Origin: an uncultured Chloroflexia bacterium
Lineage (GTDB): Bacteria > Chloroflexota > Limnocylindria > Limnocylindrales > CSP1-4
Direction: 5' to 3'
Length of the DNA stretch: 64,000 nt
Assembly: GCA_963712745.1 (NCBI GenBank)
Contig: CAVQJC010000011.1
Span: forward strand, 192,001-256,000
Each line of letters begins with the position of its first letter. Position 1 is the stretch's first letter. A program made the position numbers and the translations under genes. A model generated the notes under the pieces. That model did not search any database. It had not been told where the DNA came from and saw nothing but the letters and a program-made list of their open reading frames with translations. This document shows, piece by piece, positions 32,843 to 42,275 of this stretch.

Positions 32843-32871
32843 GACGGGCCGGCCTTCCCGGCCGGCCCGTC
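32843..32871 (-). terminator. Stem-loop 3' of the binding-protein gene
   Basis: Perfect 12-bp stem GACGGGCCGGCC / GGCCGGCCCGTC with 5-nt loop. Confidence 0.55.
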
Positions 32872-32892
32872 GCGACTCTCGCAGATCGCGAA

Positions 32893-34155
32893 CTAGCTCT
32901 GCGCGGCCTCGGTGATCGCAGCCGAGACTTCCTCAGGGGACATCGTGCCAGCAAAGAGTCCCTGGATGGAATCGTTGATGACCGCACTCACGGCCGGCGG
33001 GGTGGCCTGGTCCAGGTACAGCTGTGCGAAGGTCGCCTCGCCTCTCTTCTGCAGCAGGGTCTGCAGGAGCGGATCCTGGACCGAATCCGTGGCCGCTTCC
33101 GTCGTCGGAAGGATGCCGGTGTTGAGCGCCCCGAAGCGCTCCGAGACGGCCTCGCTGTTGAGGTACTTCAGGAAGTCGAGGGCCTCGGGCGGAGCGTCCT
33201 TGCCGATGGAATAACCGTCGCCGCCTCCGAAGACGTCGGTGGGGAGGCCCGCCCCGCCCTCGACCGCCGGGAACGGGAACCAGCCAAGGTTGGCGACGCC
33301 CTCTCCGGATTCGCTGTTGGCCTGCTGTGCTCCCGGAGCCCACTGGCCCATCAGCTCCATCGCGACCTTGCCGTTGCCCATGTCCGCGGCCTGGCCCTTG
33401 TCATAGGTGGCTGCCAGGAAGCCCTCCTGGAAGGGCTCGAGGTCGATGAGTCGCTTGAGCTGGTTGCCGGCCTCGATGAACGCGGGGCCATTCCAGTCGC
33501 CTGTGGCGATGGCTTCCTCGTACGCAGCCTGGCCGCCGATGCGCAGGGCCAGGTAGGCCCAGTAGAACATGGCCGGCCACTTGTCCTGTCCTGCCACGGC
33601 GATCGGGGTGATGCCCGCATCCTCGAGCTTCTGGACGTCTTCGAGAAACTCGTCCCACGTCGCCGGGGGCGCCTCGATGCCGGCCTCGGCGAAGAGGTCC
33701 TCGTTGTAGAAGAACCCGACCAGGCCGAACGTGTACGGCACGCCGTACTGCACGCCGTCGACCTGCCAGACGCTCATGGCGCCCTCGTTCAAGGCATCCC
33801 AGTCGTCGAGCTTGCCCTCGAGCGATTGCACCATGCCGGCATCGACCTGCTCCGCAAGGATGCCACCACCCCAGGAGTGGAAGACGTCTGGCGCGCTGCC
33901 GGCCTGCATCTCGACCGCAAGCGCGGACTTGAGGGCCTGGTTCTCGATCACCGTCACGTTGATCTTGACGTTAGGGTGCATCTCCATGTACTCGTCCGCG
34001 ATCGTCTGGCGGAGAGACTTGCCGGGATCGTTGATATCCAGGTGCCACCAGTCGATCTCGACGGGGTCTTGGGCGACCACGGCGGCGCTGCCCAGTGCGC
34101 TCACAAGGATGGCGGTGGCTCCTGCAAGCGCTCCCATTCGTAGGTATCGCGACAT
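32893..34155 (-). CDS. Oligosaccharide ABC substrate-binding protein (xylo/cello-oligosaccharide type by context)
   Basis: Signal peptide, PDVFHSWGGG, MELMGQWAP; AAGGAGG RBS. Confidence 0.9.
   Translation of the reverse strand: MSRYLRMGALAGATAILVSALGSAAVVAQDPVEIDWWHLDINDPGKSLRQTIADEYMEMHPNVKINVTVIENQALKSALAVEMQAGSAPDVFHSWGGGILAEQVDAGMVQSLEGKLDDWDALNEGAMSVWQVDGVQYGVPYTFGLVGFFYNEDLFAEAGIEAPPATWDEFLEDVQKLEDAGITPIAVAGQDKWPAMFYWAYLALRIGGQAAYEEAIATGDWNGPAFIEAGNQLKRLIDLEPFQEGFLAATYDKGQAADMGNGKVAMELMGQWAPGAQQANSESGEGVANLGWFPFPAVEGGAGLPTDVFGGGDGYSIGKDAPPEALDFLKYLNSEAVSERFGALNTGILPTTEAATDSVQDPLLQTLLQKRGEATFAQLYLDQATPPAVSAVINDSIQGLFAGTMSPEEVSAAITEAAQS
34123..34136. promoter_or_regulatory. Putative auxiliary LacI operator inside the 5' end of the binding-protein gene
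   Basis: TGCAAGCGCTCCCA; reverse complement matches the site at 34247 at 12 of 14 positions. Confidence 0.5.
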
Positions 34156-34246
34156 CCGACTCCTCCTTGGTGCGGCAGGTCGCTGCCATGGCCAACTCCC
34201 TTTGAAGCCCTGGCTCCCTGCCGATGGTCGTGTTCTATCACATCTA

Positions 34247-34260
34247 TGTAAGCGCTTGCA
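34247..34260. promoter_or_regulatory. LacI-family operator overlapping a putative -35
   Basis: TGTAAGCGCTTGCA near-palindrome; TTGCAA-N16-TATATT promoter-like pair at 34256-34283. Confidence 0.75.
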
Positions 34261-34289
34261 AGGCCAGCCGGCTCGAGTATATTGCCCAT

Positions 34290-35381
34290 GTGGACCCCGA
34301 CAGCCGGAACCGCGTCCCTGCCACGACGTCCGTGGCTGCTGGGCGGGCGCGGAGCCGCCCTACTCGGCCGACGATGTTCGATGTGGCCGAGCGCGCCGGC
34401 GTCTCCGGCGCCACCGTGTCGCGGGTCGTCAACCACTATCCCGGCGTCCGTGCATCCACCAGGCAGCGGGTGGAGACGGCCATGCTGGAGCTCGGGTACG
34501 TCGCCCATGTCACCGCTCGGGCCCTGGCCCGTGGCCGGACCCAGGCCATCGGCCTGCTGGCACAGGAGATCGACAACCCCTTCTTCTCGGTCGTCATCAA
34601 GGGCATCGACCACGAGATCTCGGCCAATGGGTACGACCTGCTCCTCGGCACGACCCACAACCGGCGCGAGAAGGAGGCGGAGTACGTGGCACGGCTGTCA
34701 CACGGGATGGTGGACGGCCTCCTGATCGTGCTGCCCCACGCACTGCCGGCCTATGTCTCGCAGCTGCGGGCGGAGCGGTACCCGTTCGTGCTCATCGACC
34801 ACGACAGCGAGGCTACCGGCTGCAACATCATCAACGCCGCCAACCGGCCCGGGACCCGCGCGGGTATCGCCTACCTGATAGGACTCGGTCATCGCCGTAT
34901 CGGCTGCATCACCGGGCGTCCCGACGTGGGGGCGACCCACACGCGCCTGGCGGGCTATCGCGACGCACTCGAGGACGCCGGCATCGGGTACGACGAGTCC
35001 CTGGTCGTCGAGGGTGATTTCCTGGAGCCGCGTGGCTACGAGGCCGCCATGGAGCTGCTCTCGCGGCCCGACCGCCCGACGGCCATCTTCGCCTCCAGCG
35101 ACGCGTCCGCCTTCGGCGTCCTGGGCGCGGCGCGCGACGCAGGCCTGCACGTCCCCGACGACCTCTCCGTTCTCGGCTTCGATGACATCGTGGAGGCGTC
35201 GTATCCGTCCTCCGCTCTATCGACGGTGCGCCAGCCGTTGCGCGAGATGGGACACGTGGCGGTGCGGCGCCTGATGAGCCTCATCGCCGAGCCGTCGCAG
35301 GCACCCGAGCGCATCGTGATGGAGACCGAGCTGGTCGTGCGCCGTACGACAGCCCCTCCGTCGGTCCCGGCGGCAGGGTGA
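34290..35381 (+). CDS. LacI-family repressor
   Basis: TMFDVAERAGVSGATVSRV HTH, GHRRIG, DLSVLGFDD; start uncertain (GTG 34290 chosen). Confidence 0.93.
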   Translation: MDPDSRNRVPATTSVAAGRARSRPTRPTMFDVAERAGVSGATVSRVVNHYPGVRASTRQRVETAMLELGYVAHVTARALARGRTQAIGLLAQEIDNPFFSVVIKGIDHEISANGYDLLLGTTHNRREKEAEYVARLSHGMVDGLLIVLPHALPAYVSQLRAERYPFVLIDHDSEATGCNIINAANRPGTRAGIAYLIGLGHRRIGCITGRPDVGATHTRLAGYRDALEDAGIGYDESLVVEGDFLEPRGYEAAMELLSRPDRPTAIFASSDASAFGVLGAARDAGLHVPDDLSVLGFDDIVEASYPSSALSTVRQPLREMGHVAVRRLMSLIAEPSQAPERIVMETELVVRRTTAPPSVPAAG

Positions 35382-36904
35382 TCGGTCGGCTCATCCCCAC
35401 CATGCTGAGGGCACACGGCACGCTCGACCCAGGCGACGTCATCGCGCCGGTCAGTCCGGGGCTCTTCGGCTCGTTCGTCGAGCACATGGGCCGTTGCGTC
35501 TACGGCGGCATCTTCGAGCCCGCCCACCCTGCGGCCGACGCCGACGGCTTCCGCACCGACGTGCTCGCGCTGGTGCGAGAACTGGGCGTGACCCTGGTGC
35601 GCTACCCCGGCGGCAACTTCGCCTCGGGCTATCGCTGGGAGGACGGTGTAGGGCCGGTGGAAGCGCGGCCGGCCCGGCTTGACCTGGCCTGGCACAGCCG
35701 CGAGAGCAACGCCTTCGGCCTGGGCGAGTTCATGCGCTGGACCCGAGCCGCGGGCGTCGAGCCGATGCTGACCTTGAACCTGGGTACCCGCGGCATCCCT
35801 GAGGCCCTGGAGCTGCTCGAATACGCCAACCACCCCGCCGGCAGCGCACTCGCCGAACGGCGCCGTGAGCATGGTGACGCGGAGCCGTACGGCATCCGCC
35901 GCTGGTGCCTGGGCAACGAGCTCGACGGGACCTGGCAGCTCGGCCACAAGACGGCCGCGGAGTACGGGCGGTCAGCGGCCGAGACCGCGCGGGCGATGCG
36001 TCAGTACGACCCGCACCTCCGGCTCGTGGTGGCCGGAAGCTCAGGCGCCTCGATGCCCACCTTCGGGGACTGGGAGCGAACCGTTCTGGAAGCCTCCTGG
36101 GAACTCGTCGATGAGATCTCCCTCCACGCCTACTACGAGGAGGCCGATGACCTCGGCAGCTTCCTCGCCTCGGGCGTGGCCCTGGACCGCTACATCGAGG
36201 AGGTGGCCTCGATCGCCGATGACGTCGTGGCCCGCGCGGGTGGCTCGAGATCCATCGGCCTTGCCGTCGACGAATGGAACGTGTGGTACCTGCGCCGTCA
36301 CCAGGAGCGTTTCCACCCGCTGGACTGGCCTGCGGCTCCGCCCATCAGCGAGGACGCCTACACCCTGGCCGACGCGGTGGTGGTCGGGAGCCTGCTCATC
36401 TCCTTGCTCCGCCACGCGGATCGGGTGAGGACGGCCTGTCTGGCGCAGCTCGTCAACGTCATCGCGCCCATCAAGACCGAGTCACGAGGACCGGCCTGGC
36501 GCGAGGCCACGTTCCACCCCTTCGCCATCACGGCTGCGCGGGGACGGGGTGGAGCGGCGCCTGTGCGGCTGGAGTCGCCGATCATGGCCACGAAGCGACA
36601 CGGCGAGGTGCCCGTGGTCGACGCGGTGGCCGTGGTCGCCGACGACCAGTCGGCCGTCTCGCTCTTCATGCTGAACCGCCACCAAACGCAGCCGACCGAG
36701 CTCGGCATCGAACTGCTGCCGGCGCAGGGCTGGGCCGTCGATGAATTGGTCGTGCTGAGCGATGCCGATGTCCATGCCACCAACACCCGTGACCATCCCG
36801 ATCGCATCCGGCCCGTACCGCTGGGCGCGACCGTCGCTGACGCCCGCCTGCAGCTCGCTCTTCCGCCGGTCTCGTGGGCGCACGTCCGGCTCATCCGGTG
36901 CTGA
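35378..36904 (+). CDS. abfA: GH51 alpha-L-arabinofuranosidase
   Basis: FGSFVEHMGRCVYGG, RYPGGNF, WCLGNE, DEWNVW, CLAQLVNVI. Confidence 0.93.
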   Translation: MIGRLIPTMLRAHGTLDPGDVIAPVSPGLFGSFVEHMGRCVYGGIFEPAHPAADADGFRTDVLALVRELGVTLVRYPGGNFASGYRWEDGVGPVEARPARLDLAWHSRESNAFGLGEFMRWTRAAGVEPMLTLNLGTRGIPEALELLEYANHPAGSALAERRREHGDAEPYGIRRWCLGNELDGTWQLGHKTAAEYGRSAAETARAMRQYDPHLRLVVAGSSGASMPTFGDWERTVLEASWELVDEISLHAYYEEADDLGSFLASGVALDRYIEEVASIADDVVARAGGSRSIGLAVDEWNVWYLRRHQERFHPLDWPAAPPISEDAYTLADAVVVGSLLISLLRHADRVRTACLAQLVNVIAPIKTESRGPAWREATFHPFAITAARGRGGAAPVRLESPIMATKRHGEVPVVDAVAVVADDQSAVSLFMLNRHQTQPTELGIELLPAQGWAVDELVVLSDADVHATNTRDHPDRIRPVPLGATVADARLQLALPPVSWAHVRLIRC

Positions 36905-36993
36905 GGTGCTCGGCCCTGCGCGACGGGCCTGATCGGGCACATGCCGTTCGCTAGCATCGGTACTGTCGCCACGAAGAGGAGAGGGGACCCAGC

Positions 36994-37896
36994 ATGTCGA
37001 TCACGACGACGCGATTCGCGGGTCAAGAGGCCATCCAGATCGAATCGGGACGAGTACGTCTGGTGGCCACGACCTCGGTCGGCCCGCGCGTGCTCGGCCT
37101 TCTGACCGAGGACGATCGCAACCACTTCGCCGAGCTGCCCGAGATGACGCTCGAATGCCCTGGCTCGGACCCCATACATCTGCGCGGCGGCAGCCGTCTC
37201 TGGGCCGCGCCCGAGGACCCGCGCTTCACGTACCGGCCCGATGACGACCCGGTCGGCGTGGAGGAGATCGTCGACGGCGTCAAGCTGGTGACGCGCTCCG
37301 ACCCGGTGTCAGAGACGAGCCGCGAGATCGAGATCCGCGTCACCGGCCCCGAGCGCTTCTCGTTCCACTACCGCGTGGTCAACCGGGCCGAGCATCCCCA
37401 GCGCCTGGCAGCCTGGGCTATCACCATGATGGCGCCGCACGGTCGGGCCTGGCTGCCGGTGCTCACCGAGCCCTTCGATGCGGGCGGTTTCCAGGGCCAG
37501 CGCAACATCGTGCTCTGGCCCTACTCGCGCAACGACGATCCCCGCTTCATCCTCCACGACCACGCCATCGAGATCCGTTCGGCAGTCATGGCCGGGCAGC
37601 CGCTCGACGTGCCCTTCAAGGTCGGTACCTCGCTGCGACGCGGCTGGACCGCCCACTGGCGCGAGGGCGTCCTGCTGGTCAAGTACGCTGGCCACGACGA
37701 GGCGAGCGAGTACGCGGACATGGGCGCGTCGGGACAGGTCTACTCCCACGGCGACTTCACCGAGCTGGAGACGCTGGGCCCCTTGACCGATCTCGATCCC
37801 GGCGATTCAGCCGAGCATCACGAGGACTGGGCGGTCGACCTCGTCGACGAGGCCGAGGCCGAGCGCCTCGTGGCCTCGGGCCTGCTCGACCGCTAG
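36994..37896 (+). CDS. Uncharacterised protein, probable galactose-mutarotase-like beta-sandwich
   Basis: Good RBS and codon pattern; VGPRVL, GGSRLWAAPE, ELETLGPL; operonic with xylB. Confidence 0.7.
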   Translation: MSITTTRFAGQEAIQIESGRVRLVATTSVGPRVLGLLTEDDRNHFAELPEMTLECPGSDPIHLRGGSRLWAAPEDPRFTYRPDDDPVGVEEIVDGVKLVTRSDPVSETSREIEIRVTGPERFSFHYRVVNRAEHPQRLAAWAITMMAPHGRAWLPVLTEPFDAGGFQGQRNIVLWPYSRNDDPRFILHDHAIEIRSAVMAGQPLDVPFKVGTSLRRGWTAHWREGVLLVKYAGHDEASEYADMGASGQVYSHGDFTELETLGPLTDLDPGDSAEHHEDWAVDLVDEAEAERLVASGLLDR

Positions 37897-37917
37897 ACCG
37901 CTCAGGAAGGGAACACC

Positions 37918-39420
37918 GTGACCGACGCCAACCTCGTCCTTGGCCTGGACGTCTCGACCACTGCCACGAAGGCCATCCTCATCGACCGAGGCGGTGCCGT
38001 CGTCGCCACCGCCTCGTCCGAGTACGACTTCCAGACGCCGCAACCGCTGTGGGCCGAGCAGGATCCTGCCCTGTGGTGGACCGGCGCCCAGGAGACCATC
38101 GCGCGGGTGTTGCGAGACAGCGGGGCCTCGCCCGACGCCATCGACGCCATCGGCGCCTCCGGCCAGATGCACGGCATGGTGCTGCTCGACGAGGCCGGGG
38201 AGGTGGTGCGTCCGGCCATCCTCTGGAACGATGGACGGACCCAGGCGCAATGCGACGCCATGCGCGAGGCGGTCGGTCCCGAGCGGCTCATCGCCATCAC
38301 CGGCAACGATGCGCTGACCAGCTTCACGGCGACCAAGATGCTGTGGGTGCGCGAGCACGAGCCCGAGGCCTGGGCCCGCGCGCGACACCTGCTGCTGCCC
38401 AAGGACTACGTTCGCTTCAAGCTCACCGCTGAGTACGCGCTCGACGTCAACGACGGTTCGGGAACGGTGCTGCTCGACCTGCGCACTCGCACCTGGTCGC
38501 CGGAGGTCCTCGAGGCGCTGGGTTTCGACCCGGCGATGTTGCCGCGGACCGTGGAGGGTCCGGAGGTGGTCGGCCTCGTCACCCGAGATGCGGCCGCAGC
38601 CACGGGTCTGCGCGCCGGAACGCCGGTGGTCGGTGGCTCAGGCGACCAGGCCAGCAACGCTGTCGGTGTGGGCGCGGTGGTGCCCGGTGTGGCGGCCATG
38701 TCGGTCGGCACCTCGGGCGTCATCTTCACCCCTACCGCCGCTCCCGCCATCGAGCCCAGGGGCTGGCTGCAGGCCTTCTGCCATGCCGTGCCCGGCACCT
38801 GGCACCTGATGGGCGTGACCATGTCCGCGGCTGGCTCCCTCAAGTGGCTGCGCGACGAGCTGGCGCCAGGCAAGTCCTGGGAGCAGCTGACCTCGCTGGC
38901 CGAGCCCATCCCGCCCGGTTCCGAGGGACTCGTCTTCCTGCCCTATCTGTCCGGCGAGCGGGCCCCCTATCCCGACCCCCTGGCACGGGGAGCCTTCATC
39001 GGGCTGACCGTGCGCCATGGCCTGGGCCACATGGTGCGTGCGGTGCTCGAGGGCGTAGCTTTCAGCCTGCGCGATGTCTTCGCCCTGATGAGCGAGGTCG
39101 CGCCCGAACCGCTGCGGGAGCTGCGAGCGTCTGGCGGCGGCACGAACTCGCCGCTATGGAGGCAGATCATCGCCGATGTGTTGGGTGCGCCCATCTCGCT
39201 GACGCGCACGGCCGAGGGCGTGGCCACCGGCGCCGCCATCCTGGCCGCGGTCGCGGCCGGCTGGTACGACACGGTCGAGGATGCGTGCGCGGCCATGGTC
39301 GAGGTCACCGATACGACCGCGCCTGGCCCCGACGCCGGTGCCTACGACAAGGCCTACGAGATCTACCGCTCGCTGTACCCGGCACTGAAGGAGCAGTTCA
39401 AGGCGCTCTCGGAGGTCTAG
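37918..39420 (+). CDS. xylB: Xylulokinase (FGGY family)
   Basis: GLDVSTT, SGQMHG, RPAILWNDGR, LLLPKDY, FLPYLSGER. Confidence 0.92.
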   Translation: MTDANLVLGLDVSTTATKAILIDRGGAVVATASSEYDFQTPQPLWAEQDPALWWTGAQETIARVLRDSGASPDAIDAIGASGQMHGMVLLDEAGEVVRPAILWNDGRTQAQCDAMREAVGPERLIAITGNDALTSFTATKMLWVREHEPEAWARARHLLLPKDYVRFKLTAEYALDVNDGSGTVLLDLRTRTWSPEVLEALGFDPAMLPRTVEGPEVVGLVTRDAAAATGLRAGTPVVGGSGDQASNAVGVGAVVPGVAAMSVGTSGVIFTPTAAPAIEPRGWLQAFCHAVPGTWHLMGVTMSAAGSLKWLRDELAPGKSWEQLTSLAEPIPPGSEGLVFLPYLSGERAPYPDPLARGAFIGLTVRHGLGHMVRAVLEGVAFSLRDVFALMSEVAPEPLRELRASGGGTNSPLWRQIIADVLGAPISLTRTAEGVATGAAILAAVAAGWYDTVEDACAAMVEVTDTTAPGPDAGAYDKAYEIYRSLYPALKEQFKALSEV

Positions 39421-39445
39421 TCGGCCAGGCCCTCCCTCGGGTCTG

Positions 39446-39781
39446 GGGGCGTGGCCTTGATCTGCATGAGGCGCACGAGTGCGTCCGTCGGGTGGGCTCG
39501 ACGCCCGCGCTTGGTGTCGTGCATGCATACGACTGACACTCAGGTGCACACGACTGACACTCAGGTGCACACGACTGACACTCGGTTGCACACGACGCAC
39601 GAGATCCGCCGGTGACTCCGCCCACGGGTCGTACTCGTGCAGCCGATGCAAGCCACCCGCGACCGCACAGGTCTGCCCGTCCATCGGTTCCGCCGGACCG
39701 GCCACGTATCGTCCGCCATACCGATGGCGACCTCCGCGCTCGGGGCGTGGCCTTGATCTGCATGAGGCGCATGAGTGCGTC
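39446..39781. repeat. Pair of 40-bp direct repeats (39446-39485, 39742-39781)
   Basis: GGGGCGTGGCCTTGATCTGCATGAGGCGCAyGAGTGCGTC, one mismatch. Confidence 0.9.
39529..39596. repeat. 21-bp tandem repeat, 3 copies plus a partial
   Basis: ACGACTGACACTCAGGTGCAC x2 exact, third copy with 2 changes. Confidence 0.9.
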
Positions 39782-40054
39782 ATGCCGGTGTACACACCGA
39801 CGATCTCGAGCTCGTGCAGCATCTGCGCGAAGCGCTCTTGTGCGTGGCGTCACCGGCCGCCCGGCCGATCCAGGCGAGGTAGTCGTTGCGCCCGCTGGTC
39901 GGCCATGCGCCCGCTGGTCGGCCATGCGCCCGCTGGTCGGCCATGCGCCCGCTGGTCGGCCACGCGCCCGCTGGTCGGCCATGCGCCCGCTCGACTCCAG
40001 CTCCTCGCGGATGTCGTCGGGCATCGGCTGGACCGGCCGGGTGCGGCCGCCCAT
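39770..40054 (-). pseudogene. Disrupted small YdeI/OmpD-associated family gene
   Basis: Fragments in different frames: RPVQPMPDDIREELE / RNDYLAWIGRA / RFAQMLHELEIVGVY. Confidence 0.6.
39887..39991. repeat. 19-bp tandem repeat, 5.5 copies
   Basis: TGCGCCCGCTGGTCGGCCA, one copy with a T>C change. Confidence 0.92.
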
Positions 40055-40056
40055 CG

Positions 40057-42222
40057 CTACAGGCGCTCGTCCTCCGCGCGGTCCCTGCTGGTACGCAGCA
40101 GGCTGGCCAGCGCCACCGACTCCGACTCACCCGGCGCCAGCGAGAGCGGCCACACGAACATCAGCGAGCCGCCCTGGTGGTTGCCCTCGAAGCCGCTCTC
40201 GGACAGTGACATGGTCTCGATCGACCACCACCACGCGGCCGCGGGCGGGGCAGGCCGCGCCTCCAGCTCGATGCCGATGTAGTCGTTGCCCATGCCCACG
40301 TGGTCGGTCGAGTCCACGCTCCGCCGCTGATCGAAGCCACCGGTCTCGCCGTTGACCTTGCACCAGGCGGATGGGTTGCCGCCGCCGCCGAGCATGTTGA
40401 GGCTCCACTCGAAGCCGAGCAGTGCCGCGACCGGCCGGTCCCCGGTGTTGGTGACCTCGACCCGCGAGTCCAGCGTGGGCACCCGCCGGTCGTCGCCGAA
40501 CACGTGGGAGATGCGAACACGGACTGGACCGCAGGAGCCGTCCTCGTACTCGATGCCCCCCTCGCGCTCGAGCACGACCTCGTTGTGTGCGGCGTGCATG
40601 ACCTCGAAGCTGCCCGAGACGAAGTCGCCCAGCTCCCGGTACGACGCCTGCTCGAAGTCATCGGCCGTGGTTCCGACCGGCAGCAGATGCACCAGCCCGG
40701 AGCGGCGCTCGTAGTCGTCGTACCACAGCCGCTGGCTCATGCCCGGCTCGTTGACCTTGACCAGGTCGTGGATCGAGACCGCGCCCTCGCCCGCCTCCTG
40801 CTGCTCGACCTCGCCGGTGTCGGCCTCGCGCAGGATGTCGTGGTAGGCCTCTGGCCGGCGCCGCATGACCGAGGTCATGGCGTGCCGCACCGCGCGGGCG
40901 TCCCACGAGCCGATGCCCCCGCCCTCGTTGGGCTTGATGGCCACGACCTGGCCGGGCGCGGTCACGAGCAGCTCGTCGAAGCCGTCGACATCGAGGTCGG
41001 CCGCCTCGATGGCGACTTCGTTCCGCCCGGCGGCCCGGTCCGCTGCGTCCTCGGCGGCGAGCAGGTGTTCCAGCGTGGCCAGGCGCATGTGCGAGAGGTA
41101 GATGCCGCCGAACAGGCCGTGCCAGTAGCAGTCGTTCGACTGCCCCTGGTAGAGGTGATCGCGGATGGCGTCGAGCTCGGCGGTACCCGCATCGAGCGCC
41201 TCGACCTTGCGCGAGACGCGCAGCATCTGCTTGTGAAGGTCGTTGATCTCGCGGTAGTTGACCTGGAACATGCGCCAGAACCCGCCGCGCATCCAGCGTG
41301 CCTCCGGCTCGTCCTGCTCGACCGCGTGGTGAAGCAACGCGGTGAACTCGCGGCGCGCCTCGATCGGCAGTGACCACTCGCCCATCTCCGCGTACGAGCC
41401 GGTGGGCAGGTACACGCGCCCGATGGGCGGATGCTGTGCCAGGGCGTCGGATGGCCGCAACACCGACAGCCACTCGCTGTTCTCTTCGACCGCGCTGAAG
41501 AAGCGCTCCACCCACTGCTGCTCGCCGTAGCACAGGTTCCAGGTGCCGGGCCAGGTCCCGAACTTCTCGCCGTCGTCGCCCATCATGCCCACCAGCCGTC
41601 CGTCCTCGGTGGCGTGCTCGCGGAGGTAGTCGATGACCTCCTCGACCGGCCGGAAGGGGATGCGGTAGCGCAGGCCCTGTTCGGAGCCGTAGACGATGAC
41701 GCGGTAACCCTGGTCGTCGGTGGAGTAGGGCCCCCAGTGGAGCTCCTGCGGGATGGCCGCGGCTCGGAAATGGGCATCGTCCACGATGGTGAACTCGTAG
41801 CCGGCCTTGACCAGGGCCTTGGGCACGTCGGGCTCCCACACGCGCTCGGCCAGCCAGGCACCCTTTGGACGCAGGCCCACCAGTGACTCGACCTCGTCGG
41901 CCATGCGCTTGAGCTGGCCCACCCGGTCAGCCTCTCGCAGCGATGCCAGCACCGGCTCGTAGTAGCCACCGCCGAGGATCTCGACCTGGCCGCGGTCGAC
42001 CAGCGCGCGCAGGCGGTCGATGACGTCCGGGCGCGAGGCCTTGAACCAGTCCAGCAACGGCCCGGTGTAGTGCAGCCCGAGGCGCACGCCGGGGTGCCGC
42101 TCGAGCGCGTCGAGCATCGGTCCGTAGGCCTTCTGGTAGTTGTCCTCGAAGACGAAGCCGAAGTTGCCGACAGGCTGATGGTTGTGCAGGACGAGGGTGA
42201 GCGAGATGCGTCGATCGGTCAT
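40057..42222 (-). CDS. GH57 alpha-amylase / 4-alpha-glucanotransferase
   Basis: HNHQP, GGGYYEP, WLAERVW (nucleophile Glu), DDGEKFG, QSNDCYWHG. Confidence 0.92.
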   Translation of the reverse strand: MTDRRISLTLVLHNHQPVGNFGFVFEDNYQKAYGPMLDALERHPGVRLGLHYTGPLLDWFKASRPDVIDRLRALVDRGQVEILGGGYYEPVLASLREADRVGQLKRMADEVESLVGLRPKGAWLAERVWEPDVPKALVKAGYEFTIVDDAHFRAAAIPQELHWGPYSTDDQGYRVIVYGSEQGLRYRIPFRPVEEVIDYLREHATEDGRLVGMMGDDGEKFGTWPGTWNLCYGEQQWVERFFSAVEENSEWLSVLRPSDALAQHPPIGRVYLPTGSYAEMGEWSLPIEARREFTALLHHAVEQDEPEARWMRGGFWRMFQVNYREINDLHKQMLRVSRKVEALDAGTAELDAIRDHLYQGQSNDCYWHGLFGGIYLSHMRLATLEHLLAAEDAADRAAGRNEVAIEAADLDVDGFDELLVTAPGQVVAIKPNEGGGIGSWDARAVRHAMTSVMRRRPEAYHDILREADTGEVEQQEAGEGAVSIHDLVKVNEPGMSQRLWYDDYERRSGLVHLLPVGTTADDFEQASYRELGDFVSGSFEVMHAAHNEVVLEREGGIEYEDGSCGPVRVRISHVFGDDRRVPTLDSRVEVTNTGDRPVAALLGFEWSLNMLGGGGNPSAWCKVNGETGGFDQRRSVDSTDHVGMGNDYIGIELEARPAPPAAAWWWSIETMSLSESGFEGNHQGGSLMFVWPLSLAPGESESVALASLLRTSRDRAEDERL

Positions 42223-42275
42223 GGCGCCGCACATGCTAGTGGATAGTCGCCCCCGCGCAGCTATAGACTGGACGC

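Noticed and set aside
39446-39991. Possible CRISPR array
   Set aside because: The 40-bp repeat has only two copies separated by 256 bp, the 21-bp and 19-bp repeats are head-to-tail with no unique spacers, and no cas genes are in the window.
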